Sequence record: NC_100331.1
Origin: Escherichia phage vB_EcoS_HASG4
Length of the DNA: 64,000 nucleotides
Direction: 5' to 3' (one strand)
Below the pieces are notes generated by a model. It was not told the origin of the DNA and ran no database searches. It was given only the letters and a program-made list of their open reading frames with translations. The position numbers and the translations under genes were made by a program. Shown here piece by piece: positions 35,943 to 45,898 of this stretch (the first letter of the stretch is position 1; the number at the start of each line of letters is the position of its first letter).

Positions 35943-36702
35943 ACTGAACTGGAACGTAGAAGGTGTAACCGAGTCTCTGAAAGCAAAAGCCACTGCTCTG
36001 GGTGTTTCTGTAATCTCTCAAGAACAAGTAGCTGCTATCGCTGCTGAACTGGCTGCTGAAACCGGCAAAGATGTTACTGCTCGCTCTGTTGGCTCTAAAC
36101 TGCGTAAAGAAGGTTTTGAAGTACAAAAAGCTAACGAAGTACAGAAATCTCCGTGGACTCCTGAGCAGGAAGCTGAACTGGTTGATTTCCTGAATGCTCA
36201 TGCTGGTCAGTATACCTATGCTGAAATCGCTGCTGCTGTAGCTGGTGGTCAGTTCGGTGCTAAACAGGTACAGGGTAAGATCCTGAGTCTGGAAATGACC
36301 GCTTCTGTTAAGCCAACCGAAAAAGCTGCTGCTGTTCGTTCCTTCACTCCGGATGAAGAAACTGATTTTGTTAATCAGGTTGTTGCTGGTGCTACTATTG
36401 AAGCTATCGCTGCTCACTTCGGTCGTAATATCAAGCAGATCCGTGGTAAAGCTCTGAGCCTGCTTCGTGAAGGTCGTATCGCTGCTATGCCGGTACAGGA
36501 AACCTCAAGTGCTAAAACTCGTGAAGATCTGTTAGAAGGTCTGGATCTGGTTAACATGACTGTTGCTGAGATCGCTGAGAAAACTGGTAAATCTGAGCGC
36601 GGTGTTAAATCTATGCTGTCTCGTCGTGGTCTGGTTGCTAAGGACTATGATGGTGCCGCTAAGCGTGCTAAACTGGATGCAAAAGCTGCGGCTGCTGAAT
36701 AA
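35935..36702 (+). CDS. abundant protein built of four tandem HTH-like repeats (255 aa)
   Basis: Four roughly 55-aa units each with ..IAA..G.....VxGK.LSL.R.G; strongly biased codon usage. Confidence 0.7.
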   Translation: MSKLNWNVEGVTESLKAKATALGVSVISQEQVAAIAAELAAETGKDVTARSVGSKLRKEGFEVQKANEVQKSPWTPEQEAELVDFLNAHAGQYTYAEIAAAVAGGQFGAKQVQGKILSLEMTASVKPTEKAAAVRSFTPDEETDFVNQVVAGATIEAIAAHFGRNIKQIRGKALSLLREGRIAAMPVQETSSAKTREDLLEGLDLVNMTVAEIAEKTGKSERGVKSMLSRRGLVAKDYDGAAKRAKLDAKAAAAE

Positions 36703-36720
36703 TCTGGTAAATTAAACCTA

Positions 36721-36753
36721 AGGGGAGGGGGCTATGCTCCTTCCCCTTTTTGC
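36721..36753 (+). terminator. rho-independent terminator
   Basis: Hairpin AGGGGAGGGGGCTATGCTCCTTCCCCT followed by TTTTTG. Confidence 0.7.
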
Positions 36754-36784
36754 ATTTAGAAGGCACGAAAGCGTGCAAAGGAGA

Positions 36785-38257
36785 ATGACCTTGTTTAACG
36801 TGCAAGCTGTAGTGTTGAAGATGCTTCTAGCTTCCGAACAGAAGCAAATAGCATTGGAAACATTCTCAAAACTGCATAAAGATCATTTTAATGACGCTTT
36901 CTCCTCAATTTACCAAGCCGTCCAGAATTATTATAAAAAATATAACACAATGCCGTCCATTGACGCACTTATGCTTGAAGCTAATAGGAACGCCCGCCTT
37001 TCTCAAGCTCTAGTCGTCTTAGCTAACACTCAAATTCCAGAAGTGAGCATGGAACAGGCACTTGAAGTCCTAGAGGCCGAATATACACAGGATTTATTCC
37101 TGAAGCTTCTAGAAACAGACGTGCTTCAAGATTTAACAATGCTGGATCAGGGAGAAATTCTCAACCGAGTTGCCTCCCTTCACTTAAAATTAGAAGAGAA
37201 AGTAACGAATACTGGAAAAGTATTCAACGCAGATAACATGCGTATTTTCCAGAGAGAAGAAGATACCAAACTGAATTTAATCGCTCTTGGTATTTGTAAT
37301 GAGTTCGACGCTCAAATTGGTTTAGCTCGCACAGAAACGTTACTGCTTGGTGGTTGGCGTGGTACTGGTAAATCCATTATCTGTTCAAACATACAGGTTC
37401 AGCAATATTTGAATGGAGATATTGCTCCATACTTCTCAATTGAGATGAAAGAACATGAAGTATTTAGACGTAATCTAGCCATGTTAGCTGGTGTATCAGC
37501 ACTAGCAATGCGTAATAATACTCTAGAAGGTGCAGCTCTGTTGAGATTAGCCAGAACTAGAGCTAGGATGTTTAACGGTGGTGAAGAGCTTTTCGATAAC
37601 TTTGTTAAACAGTACACAATGGCTAAGATGAGTGATTTCTACGATATGGAGAGTAAGCTAATAGAGGGATATGAACTACATACTCCTATGATTATCGTTT
37701 ATGACCCTGAACTGTCCATTACAACAGTTGATGTAGAATTAAATAAATTAGTTGCTAGATATGGTGATAAAGTTACAGTAGCTTTACTGGACTATATTAA
37801 CCAAACCCGACTTCCAGATTCTAAAACCATTGATATGTATGACTGGAAAGAACAGATGGTTGTTAGCTCGTCTTTCAAATCCATCTGCCAGAAACATAAC
37901 GTGGCTGGTGTAGCTCCTTACCAGATCGATCAAGATGGTAGAACACGTATGTCAAAGGGGATTCTTGATTCCGCAGACATGGCTGCTAATCTTAATGCTG
38001 CAAAAGCCGATAATGGTCAAGGTGCTATTATGTTTGACTTCGTTAAGACTCGTTCTTCTGATAGCGTGAAGTTTATGCCTAAGATGAACTGGGAAACCTT
38101 GCGGATGGATAACACTACCAACCTAGCAATGGAAGATATATCTCAAATGGAAGCTGAGTTCGTTATCCCTATTGAGAAGGATAAGCCGGCTCAACCTAAA
38201 CGTGCTAAGAAAGACAAAACTGAAAATTCAACAGGTGAACAGGCCAGCGATATATGA
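36785..38257 (+). CDS. DnaB-like replicative helicase
   Basis: Start at ATG 36785 (RBS AAGGAG); Walker A GGWRGTGKS about 200 aa in, RecA-like C-terminal half. Confidence 0.65.
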   Translation: MTLFNVQAVVLKMLLASEQKQIALETFSKLHKDHFNDAFSSIYQAVQNYYKKYNTMPSIDALMLEANRNARLSQALVVLANTQIPEVSMEQALEVLEAEYTQDLFLKLLETDVLQDLTMLDQGEILNRVASLHLKLEEKVTNTGKVFNADNMRIFQREEDTKLNLIALGICNEFDAQIGLARTETLLLGGWRGTGKSIICSNIQVQQYLNGDIAPYFSIEMKEHEVFRRNLAMLAGVSALAMRNNTLEGAALLRLARTRARMFNGGEELFDNFVKQYTMAKMSDFYDMESKLIEGYELHTPMIIVYDPELSITTVDVELNKLVARYGDKVTVALLDYINQTRLPDSKTIDMYDWKEQMVVSSSFKSICQKHNVAGVAPYQIDQDGRTRMSKGILDSADMAANLNAAKADNGQGAIMFDFVKTRSSDSVKFMPKMNWETLRMDNTTNLAMEDISQMEAEFVIPIEKDKPAQPKRAKKDKTENSTGEQASDI

Positions 38258-39144
38258 GTAGAATAACAGAACTACTTGATCTGAAAGGCATTGAATATAA
38301 AGACACAGGTGGGGACATCCTCATCTGTTGTCTCAATCCAGATCATGACGATAAACACCCAAGTTTGCGTATTGATCCTGAAACAGGTATTATGCACTGC
38401 TTGAGTTGTGGCTTCGGTAAAGGTATACCGAGCATTTACCATTATTTTAATGAGACTCAGTACAGACAGTCCCCAAGACTATCGCAGGTACGTAAAAAGA
38501 TTTCAGAGATTAGGAATGGATCAACGAATCTTGCAATTCCTGAATCTGCTTACCTTTTCGAAGGTGATTTCCGAGGTATAAGTTCTAAGACCTTGAAGAA
38601 ATATTTTGCTTTCCAACACCAAGCAGACTGGGAAGGCAGAATTGTATTCCCAATCACAGATGCTGTTGGACGCAATATCCTATTTTTGGGTCGTTCTATA
38701 AACAGTTCTGCCCCTCCTAAATACTTAGTAAAACCAAAACAAGTTTCACCACCTATTTTCCCTGTACGATATAATACTCCAGTTCTTATTCTAGTTGAAG
38801 GTATCTTTGATATGCTGAACCTAGAGGATAATGGTATAGACTATGCTTCTTGCTGCTTTGGTACACATCAGTTCACTTCAGATAACATTGCAGATAAGTT
38901 CAGTCCTTATATTATTGCTGGTGTAAAAGTTGTTGTTATCTTACTAGATAATGATGCTTCTGGTAATAAAGCTGCACAAGCATTGGCTAAGCTAATTCGT
39001 ACAAAAACGCGTTTAACACCTGTAGTTGCTAACTTTCTCCTGCCTGAAGGTAAAGATCCAGGTGATTTAAACAAAGATGAAATTGATATGTTAGCAAAAC
39101 GTATTGAAATTTTAGTTGCTGAATCGCTTAAAGATTTGGTATAA
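38254..39144 (+). CDS. DnaG-like DNA primase (Zn finger plus Toprim)
   Basis: CLNPDHDDKHPS...HCLSCG Zn-binding motif; Toprim EGIFD...LDNDASG. Confidence 0.8.
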   Translation: MSRITELLDLKGIEYKDTGGDILICCLNPDHDDKHPSLRIDPETGIMHCLSCGFGKGIPSIYHYFNETQYRQSPRLSQVRKKISEIRNGSTNLAIPESAYLFEGDFRGISSKTLKKYFAFQHQADWEGRIVFPITDAVGRNILFLGRSINSSAPPKYLVKPKQVSPPIFPVRYNTPVLILVEGIFDMLNLEDNGIDYASCCFGTHQFTSDNIADKFSPYIIAGVKVVVILLDNDASGNKAAQALAKLIRTKTRLTPVVANFLLPEGKDPGDLNKDEIDMLAKRIEILVAESLKDLV

Positions 39145-39206
39145 TATATTGGTAAGTTAGAGAAGAAACACTGAAGTTATACTTACTTACCAAGAGGAGA
39201 TTAAAT

Positions 39207-41774
39207 TTGAAAATCGCAGTAGTTGATAAAGCTCTAAATAACACTCGTTACGATAAACATTTCCAGCTATACGGCGAGGAAGTTGATGTATTCCATATGT
39301 GTAACGAGAAGTTATCTGGTCGTTTGCTTAAAAAGCACATTACTATTGGAACACCAGAAAACCCATTTGATCCGAATGATTATGATTTTGTTATACTAGT
39401 AGGTGCTGAACCTTTCCTGTATTTCGCAGGTAAGAAAGGCATTGGTGACTATACTGGTAAACGTGTAGAGTATAATGGATATGCTAACTGGATTGCGAGT
39501 ATCAGCCCAGCCCAGCTACACTTTAAGCCTGAAATGAAACCAGTTTTCGATGCAACAGTAGAGAATATCCACGATATTATCAATGGTCGTGAGAAGATTG
39601 CAAAAGCTGGTGATTACCGTCCTATTACTGACCCTGACGAGGCGGAAGAATATATCAAGATGGTGTATAATATGGTTATCGGACCTGTCGCATTCGACTC
39701 CGAAACCTCAGCACTATACTGTCGAGATGGTTATCTGCTTGGTGTTTCTATGTCTCACCAAGAATATCAGGGTGTATATATCGATTCTGATTGTCTCACA
39801 GAGGTTGCAGTATATTATCTCCAGAAAATTCTGGATAGTGAAAATCACATTATTGTTTTTCACAACCTGAAGTTTGATATGCACTTTTATAAGTACCATT
39901 TGGGACTTACCTTTGATAAAGCACATAAAGAACGTAGGCTCCATGATACTATGTTGCAGCATTATGTTCTAGATGAACGTCGTGGTACTCATGGCTTGAA
40001 ATCTCTAGCAATGAAGTATACCGATATGGGTGACTATGACTTTGAACTAGATAAGTTCAAGGAGGATTACTGCAAAGCACATAAAATCAAGAAGGAAGAT
40101 TTCACCTATGATTTAATTCCGTTTGATATTATGTGGCCATATGCTGCGAAAGATACAGATGCTACCATACGTTTGCACAACTTCTTTTTACCAAAAATTG
40201 AGAAGAATGAAAAACTTTGTAGTCTGTACTACGATGTTTTGATGCCTGGTTGCGTATTCTTGCAACGTGTTGAGGATCGTGGAGTACCTATTTCTATTGA
40301 TCGTTTGAAAGAAGCTCAGTATCAGTTAACTCATAACCTGAATAAAGCCCGTGAGAAACTGTACACTTATCCAGAAGTTAAACAGCTAGAACAAGATCAG
40401 AATGAAGCATTTAACCCAAACTCTGTTAAGCAACTTCGTGTTCTTCTGTTCGATTATGTTGGTTTGACTCCAACTGGTAAATTAACAGATACTGGTGCAG
40501 ATTCTACGGATGCAGAAGCTCTGAATGAACTGGCTACGCAGCATCCAATTGCTAAAACTCTGTTAGAGATTCGTAAGCTGACTAAGCTAATCTCTACTTA
40601 TGTTGAGAAGATTCTTCTGAGTATTGATGCGGATGGTTGCATTCGTACTGGTTTCCACGAACACATGACTACTTCTGGTCGTCTAAGTTCTTCTGGTAAA
40701 CTGAACCTGCAACAGTTACCTCGTGATGAATCTATTATTAAGGGTTGTGTAGTTGCACCACCTGGATACCGTGTAATCGCATGGGACTTAACAACTGCGG
40801 AAGTTTATTATGCTGCTGTTCTATCTGGTGATAGAAATATGCAACAGGTATTTATCAACATGAGAAATGAACCTGATAAATACCCTGACTTCCACTCTAA
40901 CATCGCACACATGGTATTTAAGCTCCAATGCGAACCTCGTGATGTTAAAAAGTTATTTCCAGCTCTGCGTCAAGCAGCTAAAGCAATCACCTTTGGTATT
41001 CTGTATGGTTCTGGCCCAGCTAAAGTAGCTCATTCTGTTAACGAAGCTCTTCTGGAACAGGCTGCTAAGACAGGCGAACCGTTTGTAGAGTGTACTGTTG
41101 CAGATGCTAAAGAGTACATTGAAACTTACTTCGGTCAGTTCCCGCAGCTTAAGCGTTGGATTGATAAGTGCCACGATCAGATCAAGAATCATGGATTTAT
41201 CTATAGTCACTTTGGTCGTAAACGTCGTCTGCATAATATCCACTCCGAAGACCGTGGTGTTCAGGGTGAAGAAATCCGTTCTGGATTTAACGCAATCATT
41301 CAGTCTGCTTCTTCTGATAGCCTCCTTTTAGGTGCGGTAGATGCAGATAATGAGATCATTTCTCTTGGCTTAGAACAAGAGATGAAGATTGTTATGCTGG
41401 TTCATGACTCCGTAGTTGCTATTGTTCGTGAGGATTTGATCGACCAATACAATGAAATCCTGATTCGTAATATTCAGAAAGACCGTGGTATCAGTATTCC
41501 TGGCTGTCCGATTGGTATTGATTCAGATTCTGAAGCTGGAGGTTCTCGTGACTATTCTTGTGGTAAGATGAAGAAACAGCACCCATCAATCGCTTGTATT
41601 GATGATGATGAATATACTCGTTACGTTAAAGAAATGCTACTTGACGCAGAGTTCGAGTATAAGAAACTAGCTGCAATGGATAAAGAGCATCCAGATCATA
41701 GCAAATACAAGGATGATAAGTTTATTGCTGTATGTAAAGATCTGGATAACGTGAAAAGGATTCTTGGTGCTTAA
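39207..41774 (+). CDS. family A DNA polymerase with 3'-5' exonuclease domain
   Basis: 855 aa; exo motif FDSETSALY; pol motifs K...FGILYGSG and VHDSVV; TTG start after GAGGAGA RBS. Confidence 0.9.
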   Translation: MKIAVVDKALNNTRYDKHFQLYGEEVDVFHMCNEKLSGRLLKKHITIGTPENPFDPNDYDFVILVGAEPFLYFAGKKGIGDYTGKRVEYNGYANWIASISPAQLHFKPEMKPVFDATVENIHDIINGREKIAKAGDYRPITDPDEAEEYIKMVYNMVIGPVAFDSETSALYCRDGYLLGVSMSHQEYQGVYIDSDCLTEVAVYYLQKILDSENHIIVFHNLKFDMHFYKYHLGLTFDKAHKERRLHDTMLQHYVLDERRGTHGLKSLAMKYTDMGDYDFELDKFKEDYCKAHKIKKEDFTYDLIPFDIMWPYAAKDTDATIRLHNFFLPKIEKNEKLCSLYYDVLMPGCVFLQRVEDRGVPISIDRLKEAQYQLTHNLNKAREKLYTYPEVKQLEQDQNEAFNPNSVKQLRVLLFDYVGLTPTGKLTDTGADSTDAEALNELATQHPIAKTLLEIRKLTKLISTYVEKILLSIDADGCIRTGFHEHMTTSGRLSSSGKLNLQQLPRDESIIKGCVVAPPGYRVIAWDLTTAEVYYAAVLSGDRNMQQVFINMRNEPDKYPDFHSNIAHMVFKLQCEPRDVKKLFPALRQAAKAITFGILYGSGPAKVAHSVNEALLEQAAKTGEPFVECTVADAKEYIETYFGQFPQLKRWIDKCHDQIKNHGFIYSHFGRKRRLHNIHSEDRGVQGEEIRSGFNAIIQSASSDSLLLGAVDADNEIISLGLEQEMKIVMLVHDSVVAIVREDLIDQYNEILIRNIQKDRGISIPGCPIGIDSDSEAGGSRDYSCGKMKKQHPSIACIDDDEYTRYVKEMLLDAEFEYKKLAAMDKEHPDHSKYKDDKFIAVCKDLDNVKRILGA

Positions 41775-42264
41775 TTTCAAATTGCCCGTCTATGCGTTAC
41801 GGGCGTTTGTATCAATTGAGCAAGAAGGTGATTATTCCGTAATTACAACAAGATATAATAAATATGTGCTAGATAACAGGAAGTTGCCTGGCACGTTTTC
41901 TCAACGTAGGCTTATTCTATTTGAGAAACGGAAAGAATTACCATACAAGCTCTATCCTATTAGAGGTAGAATATCAATGTTGTCTCAATTAGTTGGGTCA
42001 AAGCGTAACCAATTTATAGATTCTGATGGAAATCTTATTAATTGGAAGAAAACTACGTTCTATGACGTTGTCACCTCTAAAGTTTTGCATTCAGCTAGAA
42101 TTTATAATGGAAAATACCAATGCTATGTGGCTAAAGTCCCTTATCCATTTGTATTATCCTACGTTCCAGCTTACATAAGCTATATTCTGGTAAATAATAG
42201 CCCTGTTATTTACCAAGTCCATCAAGAGGAGCCTGAAATTCCTAGACTTAGAATAAAATTATGA
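41764..42264 (+). CDS. hypothetical protein (166 aa) with AT-rich codon usage
   Basis: ORF-track ORF; codon usage (aga/ata/tta) differs from flanking replication genes. Confidence 0.5.
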   Translation: MVLNFKLPVYALRAFVSIEQEGDYSVITTRYNKYVLDNRKLPGTFSQRRLILFEKRKELPYKLYPIRGRISMLSQLVGSKRNQFIDSDGNLINWKKTTFYDVVTSKVLHSARIYNGKYQCYVAKVPYPFVLSYVPAYISYILVNNSPVIYQVHQEEPEIPRLRIKL

Positions 42265-43613
42265 AGGTTGTTATATCTAATAAAGCCTATTTCAAGCCCG
42301 ATGATGAACTTTGGGATTATTGTAGTAAGCAAACCACTTATCACATAGAGACAATGACTAGTAAATACCCTATTATGTATAAGAATAGTGGTGTTGTTGC
42401 CAAAGAGATTAAGTGGATTCCTATTACGCGTCTGGACTTACTAGATGCTAAAGGAGTAAAATACGAATTAGTCGATAAACGCACATTAGCACCGGTAGAT
42501 ATACCAAAACCGTCGTTTAAACTGCGTAAAGAAGATCAGCTTCCAATATATGAAGAATGCGATGATACCTGCATTATTAATGGTAAGCCTGGATTTGGTA
42601 AAACTATCCTAGCCCTTGCACTTGCGTATAAATTTGGCCAGAAAACTTTGGTAATCTGTACGAATACATCCATTCGTGAAATGTGGGCGGCAGAAGTTCG
42701 TAAATGGTTTGGGTTTGAACCGGGCATCATAGGTTCTGGGAAATACAATATTGATCCACCAATTGTAGTTAGTAATATTCAAACAGTGAATAAACATGCG
42801 AATAATCTTTCTAAAGTATTCGGTACTGTTATAGTTGATGAAGTTCACCATTGTGTGGCTACAACTTTCACTAATTTCCTAGAAATATCCTGTGCTCGCT
42901 ATAAAATTGGACTATCTGGTACACTAAAACGAAAAGATGGTTTACAAGTTATGTTCAAAGATTTCTTTGGATATAAGATATTTAGCCCACCGGTTAATAA
43001 TACTGTTGCACCTACAATCCATAGGTACTCCGTGCCTGTTGAGCTATCAGGAAACCAAAACGTACCATGGGCATTACGTGCTAATGATGTGTATAACCAT
43101 CCTGAATATCGAGAGACTATTATAAACCTAGCACATTTATATGTGAATATGGGACATAAGGTACTCATTGTAAGTGATAGAACAGAGTTAATCCAAACAG
43201 TACTAGAAGCACTATCTCAGCGAGAAGTCACAACCTATGAGATTATTGGCGCAACCCCCTTAGATGACCGATTAAAAATTCAGGAAGACATAGCAAAAGG
43301 TGGCCCTTGTGTACTTGCAGCAGCTCAAAGTATCTTCTCTGAAGGTATTTCCCTTAATGAGCTATCTTGTTTAATAATGGGAAGCCTCATTAATAATGAA
43401 TCTCTCATTGAACAGCTTGCAGGCCGTGTTCAACGTATTGTCGATGGTAAACTCGACCCTATTGTTGTAGATCTAATTATGAAAGGTGGCACTGGACTAA
43501 GACAGGCTTCTGGACGTATGGCAGTATATCGTAACAACGGGTGGAAAACTATTACTATGACTCCGGAGAAAGCAGTTCAATTAGCTAAAATTGCATTTGG
43601 CAACAGCTCATAA
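42261..43613 (+). CDS. SF2 (DEAD/DEAH-like) DNA helicase
   Basis: Walker A GKPGFGKT, Walker B VIVDEVHH, helicase C-terminal region. Confidence 0.85.
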   Translation: MKVVISNKAYFKPDDELWDYCSKQTTYHIETMTSKYPIMYKNSGVVAKEIKWIPITRLDLLDAKGVKYELVDKRTLAPVDIPKPSFKLRKEDQLPIYEECDDTCIINGKPGFGKTILALALAYKFGQKTLVICTNTSIREMWAAEVRKWFGFEPGIIGSGKYNIDPPIVVSNIQTVNKHANNLSKVFGTVIVDEVHHCVATTFTNFLEISCARYKIGLSGTLKRKDGLQVMFKDFFGYKIFSPPVNNTVAPTIHRYSVPVELSGNQNVPWALRANDVYNHPEYRETIINLAHLYVNMGHKVLIVSDRTELIQTVLEALSQREVTTYEIIGATPLDDRLKIQEDIAKGGPCVLAAAQSIFSEGISLNELSCLIMGSLINNESLIEQLAGRVQRIVDGKLDPIVVDLIMKGGTGLRQASGRMAVYRNNGWKTITMTPEKAVQLAKIAFGNSS

Positions 43614-43696
43614 ATGATGTATAATATATACATAAATTTGAGAGAGAAAGTTTCGGATTGATAAGAAAGTCCGAAGCAGAAAAATAAAAATTTTAG

Positions 43697-43726
43697 TTGC
43701 TAAATTCTCTCGAAATCTAGTATAAT
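43697..43726 (+). promoter_or_regulatory. early promoter (TTGCTA-N18-TATAAT); an orphan copy of the -10/leader lies about 80 nt upstream
   Basis: -35 at 43697-43702, -10 at 43721-43726; duplicate TGTATAATATATACATAAATTTGAGAGAG near 43620. Confidence 0.5.
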
Positions 43727-43833
43727 ATATACATAAATTCGAGGAGAAAACAAAAATTAAATTCTTCGATTATGAAAAGCTATACTTACTAGCTAGAGGA
43801 AATTCCGACCTAATTATTAAGCTATTCAAAAGA

Positions 43834-44118
43834 ATGCTTACCGAGCCTGATGCTCACCAATTGTTGGTCGGTTCCTCATTCATTTTGAATGAATCAACAA
43901 TAGTTGATAATCCAAATAAATTGTCTAATAGACAACTGGCAGAATATCTAGGAATTTTAAGTCTACGAAATTATGCCGAATACAAGTTTACAAACGATCC
44001 TAGTTTGGACATACAATATGTTCCAGTATGGATACCACGTTTAGTAATCGACACTAACCCACTAATCGCAATTAACAAATCGAAATTAATCTTTAAAGAG
44101 GAAATAAAATATGGCTAA
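43834..44118 (+). CDS. hypothetical protein (94 aa), AT-rich
   Basis: ORF-track ORF. Confidence 0.45.
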   Translation: MLTEPDAHQLLVGSSFILNESTIVDNPNKLSNRQLAEYLGILSLRNYAEYKFTNDPSLDIQYVPVWIPRLVIDTNPLIAINKSKLIFKEEIKYG

Positions 44119-44884
44119 GTCTTGGGGCGAAACTACTGGCGGTTCTAACGATAAAATCGAATTCCTGAAGTTCAACAACGGTATCACTCGTGTTCGTATC
44201 GTTTCTGGTGTTCTTCCACGTTATGTATATTGGCTGACTAATAAAGAGGGTAGCGTAGCTCCTTTCGAATGTCTCCGTTTTAACCGTGACAAAGAGAGCT
44301 TTGTTCGTGGTAAAGCTGATCCGGTTCATGAGATGGGCTTCTTTGAGAAAGAGCTGGATAAAGATGGTAATCGTGTTCCGCTGAAACCGAAGAAAAACTA
44401 TATCGCCTTTGTTATTGACCGTTCTGATAACAAACTGAAAGTAATGGAAGTCAAGGCTACTATTCTGAAAGGCATCCAGTCTATCATGAAGCAGTTGAAC
44501 CTGGCAACTCCGTTTGATATTGATATTTCTATCGAGAAAAAAGGTAAAGGTTTCGATACTGAGTATGATGTACAGCAGATTGCTGCTATGCAGTTCCAGA
44601 TTAAGCTGCAAGATCCTAACAGTGCGGAATCTAAGCAATATGCTGCGGATGTAGATCTGATCGGTGAAGCTATGTGTGATGAAGATGGCGACATCATTAA
44701 GTTCGAAAAAGTTCCTTCTCTGGAACAAACCTATCCGGTTCCTACCTATGAAGAGCAGAAAGAAGCAATTCTAGCCTTCATGGAAGGTCGTGAGAATAAA
44801 GATGATGATGCCAAATCTGGTAATAGCAATGCAGGTTCCCAGAAAGGTATTGACTCAGAAGCTGCAAGCGATCTGGACGACTAA
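44111..44884 (+). CDS. putative ssDNA-binding protein (acidic C-terminal tail)
   Basis: Highly-expressed codon usage, position inside replication module, acidic C-terminus DSEAASDLDD. Confidence 0.5.
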   Translation: MAKSWGETTGGSNDKIEFLKFNNGITRVRIVSGVLPRYVYWLTNKEGSVAPFECLRFNRDKESFVRGKADPVHEMGFFEKELDKDGNRVPLKPKKNYIAFVIDRSDNKLKVMEVKATILKGIQSIMKQLNLATPFDIDISIEKKGKGFDTEYDVQQIAAMQFQIKLQDPNSAESKQYAADVDLIGEAMCDEDGDIIKFEKVPSLEQTYPVPTYEEQKEAILAFMEGRENKDDDAKSGNSNAGSQKGIDSEAASDLDD

Positions 44885-44890
44885 TAAATA

Positions 44891-44915
44891 GAGGGGCTTC
44901 GGCCCCTTTCTTTTT
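44891..44915 (+). terminator. rho-independent terminator (UUCG tetraloop hairpin)
   Basis: GAGGGGC-TTCG-GCCCCTT followed by TCTTTTT. Confidence 0.75.
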
Positions 44916-44920
44916 AACCA

Positions 44921-45898
44921 ATGAGAATATTATTTAGTGCTGATCATCATATCAAACTAGGACAAGATAAAGTTCCAAAGGAATGGCAGAAGCGTCGTTT
45001 CCTGATGCTAGGAGAACGGTTAAATGATATATTCCATAATCATAACTGTGATCTTCATATTGCTGGTGGTGATATTCTTGATGTTGCCGACCCGTCGTCA
45101 GAAGAAATAGAACTGCTTGAACAGTTCATGTCAAGACTTGACCACCCAGGTAAAATCTTTACTGGAAATCATGAAATGTTAACTAAAACGATTTCATGTC
45201 TATATCATTATGCAGGAGTTATTAATAAGGTAACGAGTGGTAAGTGGGAAGTAATTACCAAACCATATCGTTCCCCTGAATTTGATATTGTTCCGTATGA
45301 TGAGATCCATAAATCCAAATGGAAACCGTCTGAATCAAAACTATGTTTCACGCATGTTCGTGGTGAAATCCCTCCACATGTAAAACCAGAAATTGATCTA
45401 ACTAAGTATAACTGTTATGATACTGTAATTGCTGGCGATTTACATTCTTATACTAATAGCCAGACTATCGGATCTACTAGACTTCTCTACCCAGGGTCTC
45501 CATTAACTACAACGTTCCATAGAGAACGCACAAAAGGTACAAATGGTTGCTTTATCGTTGATACCGACACATTAAAAGTAGAATGGATTGAACTAGGTGA
45601 TTTACCACAACTGATTCGTAAAACAATCGGAGCCGGTGAAGAGATGGAACCTAGTGATTATGATCGTGTAGTCTATGAAGTTACTGGTGACGTTGTTCAA
45701 TTAAAGTCTATCAAAGACTCTGATTTATTAGATAAGAAGATTAACCATCGAGTTACTAAAGACGCTAAGTTAAATCTTGTTGATCTTGATATGTTAGGTG
45801 AACTTGAACTTTACTTCCGTGAAGTCGAGAAGCTATCTCAAGGCGACATTGATAGAATCTTGGCTAGAGCTGCGAAATATGTCAAAGATTACAATTAA
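44921..45898 (+). CDS. SbcD/Mre11-like nuclease subunit
   Basis: Metallophosphatase motifs LFSADHH, GGDILD, GNHE. Confidence 0.8.
   Translation: MRILFSADHHIKLGQDKVPKEWQKRRFLMLGERLNDIFHNHNCDLHIAGGDILDVADPSSEEIELLEQFMSRLDHPGKIFTGNHEMLTKTISCLYHYAGVINKVTSGKWEVITKPYRSPEFDIVPYDEIHKSKWKPSESKLCFTHVRGEIPPHVKPEIDLTKYNCYDTVIAGDLHSYTNSQTIGSTRLLYPGSPLTTTFHRERTKGTNGCFIVDTDTLKVEWIELGDLPQLIRKTIGAGEEMEPSDYDRVVYEVTGDVVQLKSIKDSDLLDKKINHRVTKDAKLNLVDLDMLGELELYFREVEKLSQGDIDRILARAAKYVKDYN

Noticed and set aside
35908-36417. 169-aa minus-strand ORF
   Set aside because: Antisense to the highly expressed four-repeat HTH-like gene; no promoter or RBS
44093-44728. 211-aa minus-strand ORF
   Set aside because: Antisense to the codon-optimised SSB-like gene (44111-44884) within a uniformly plus-strand replication module
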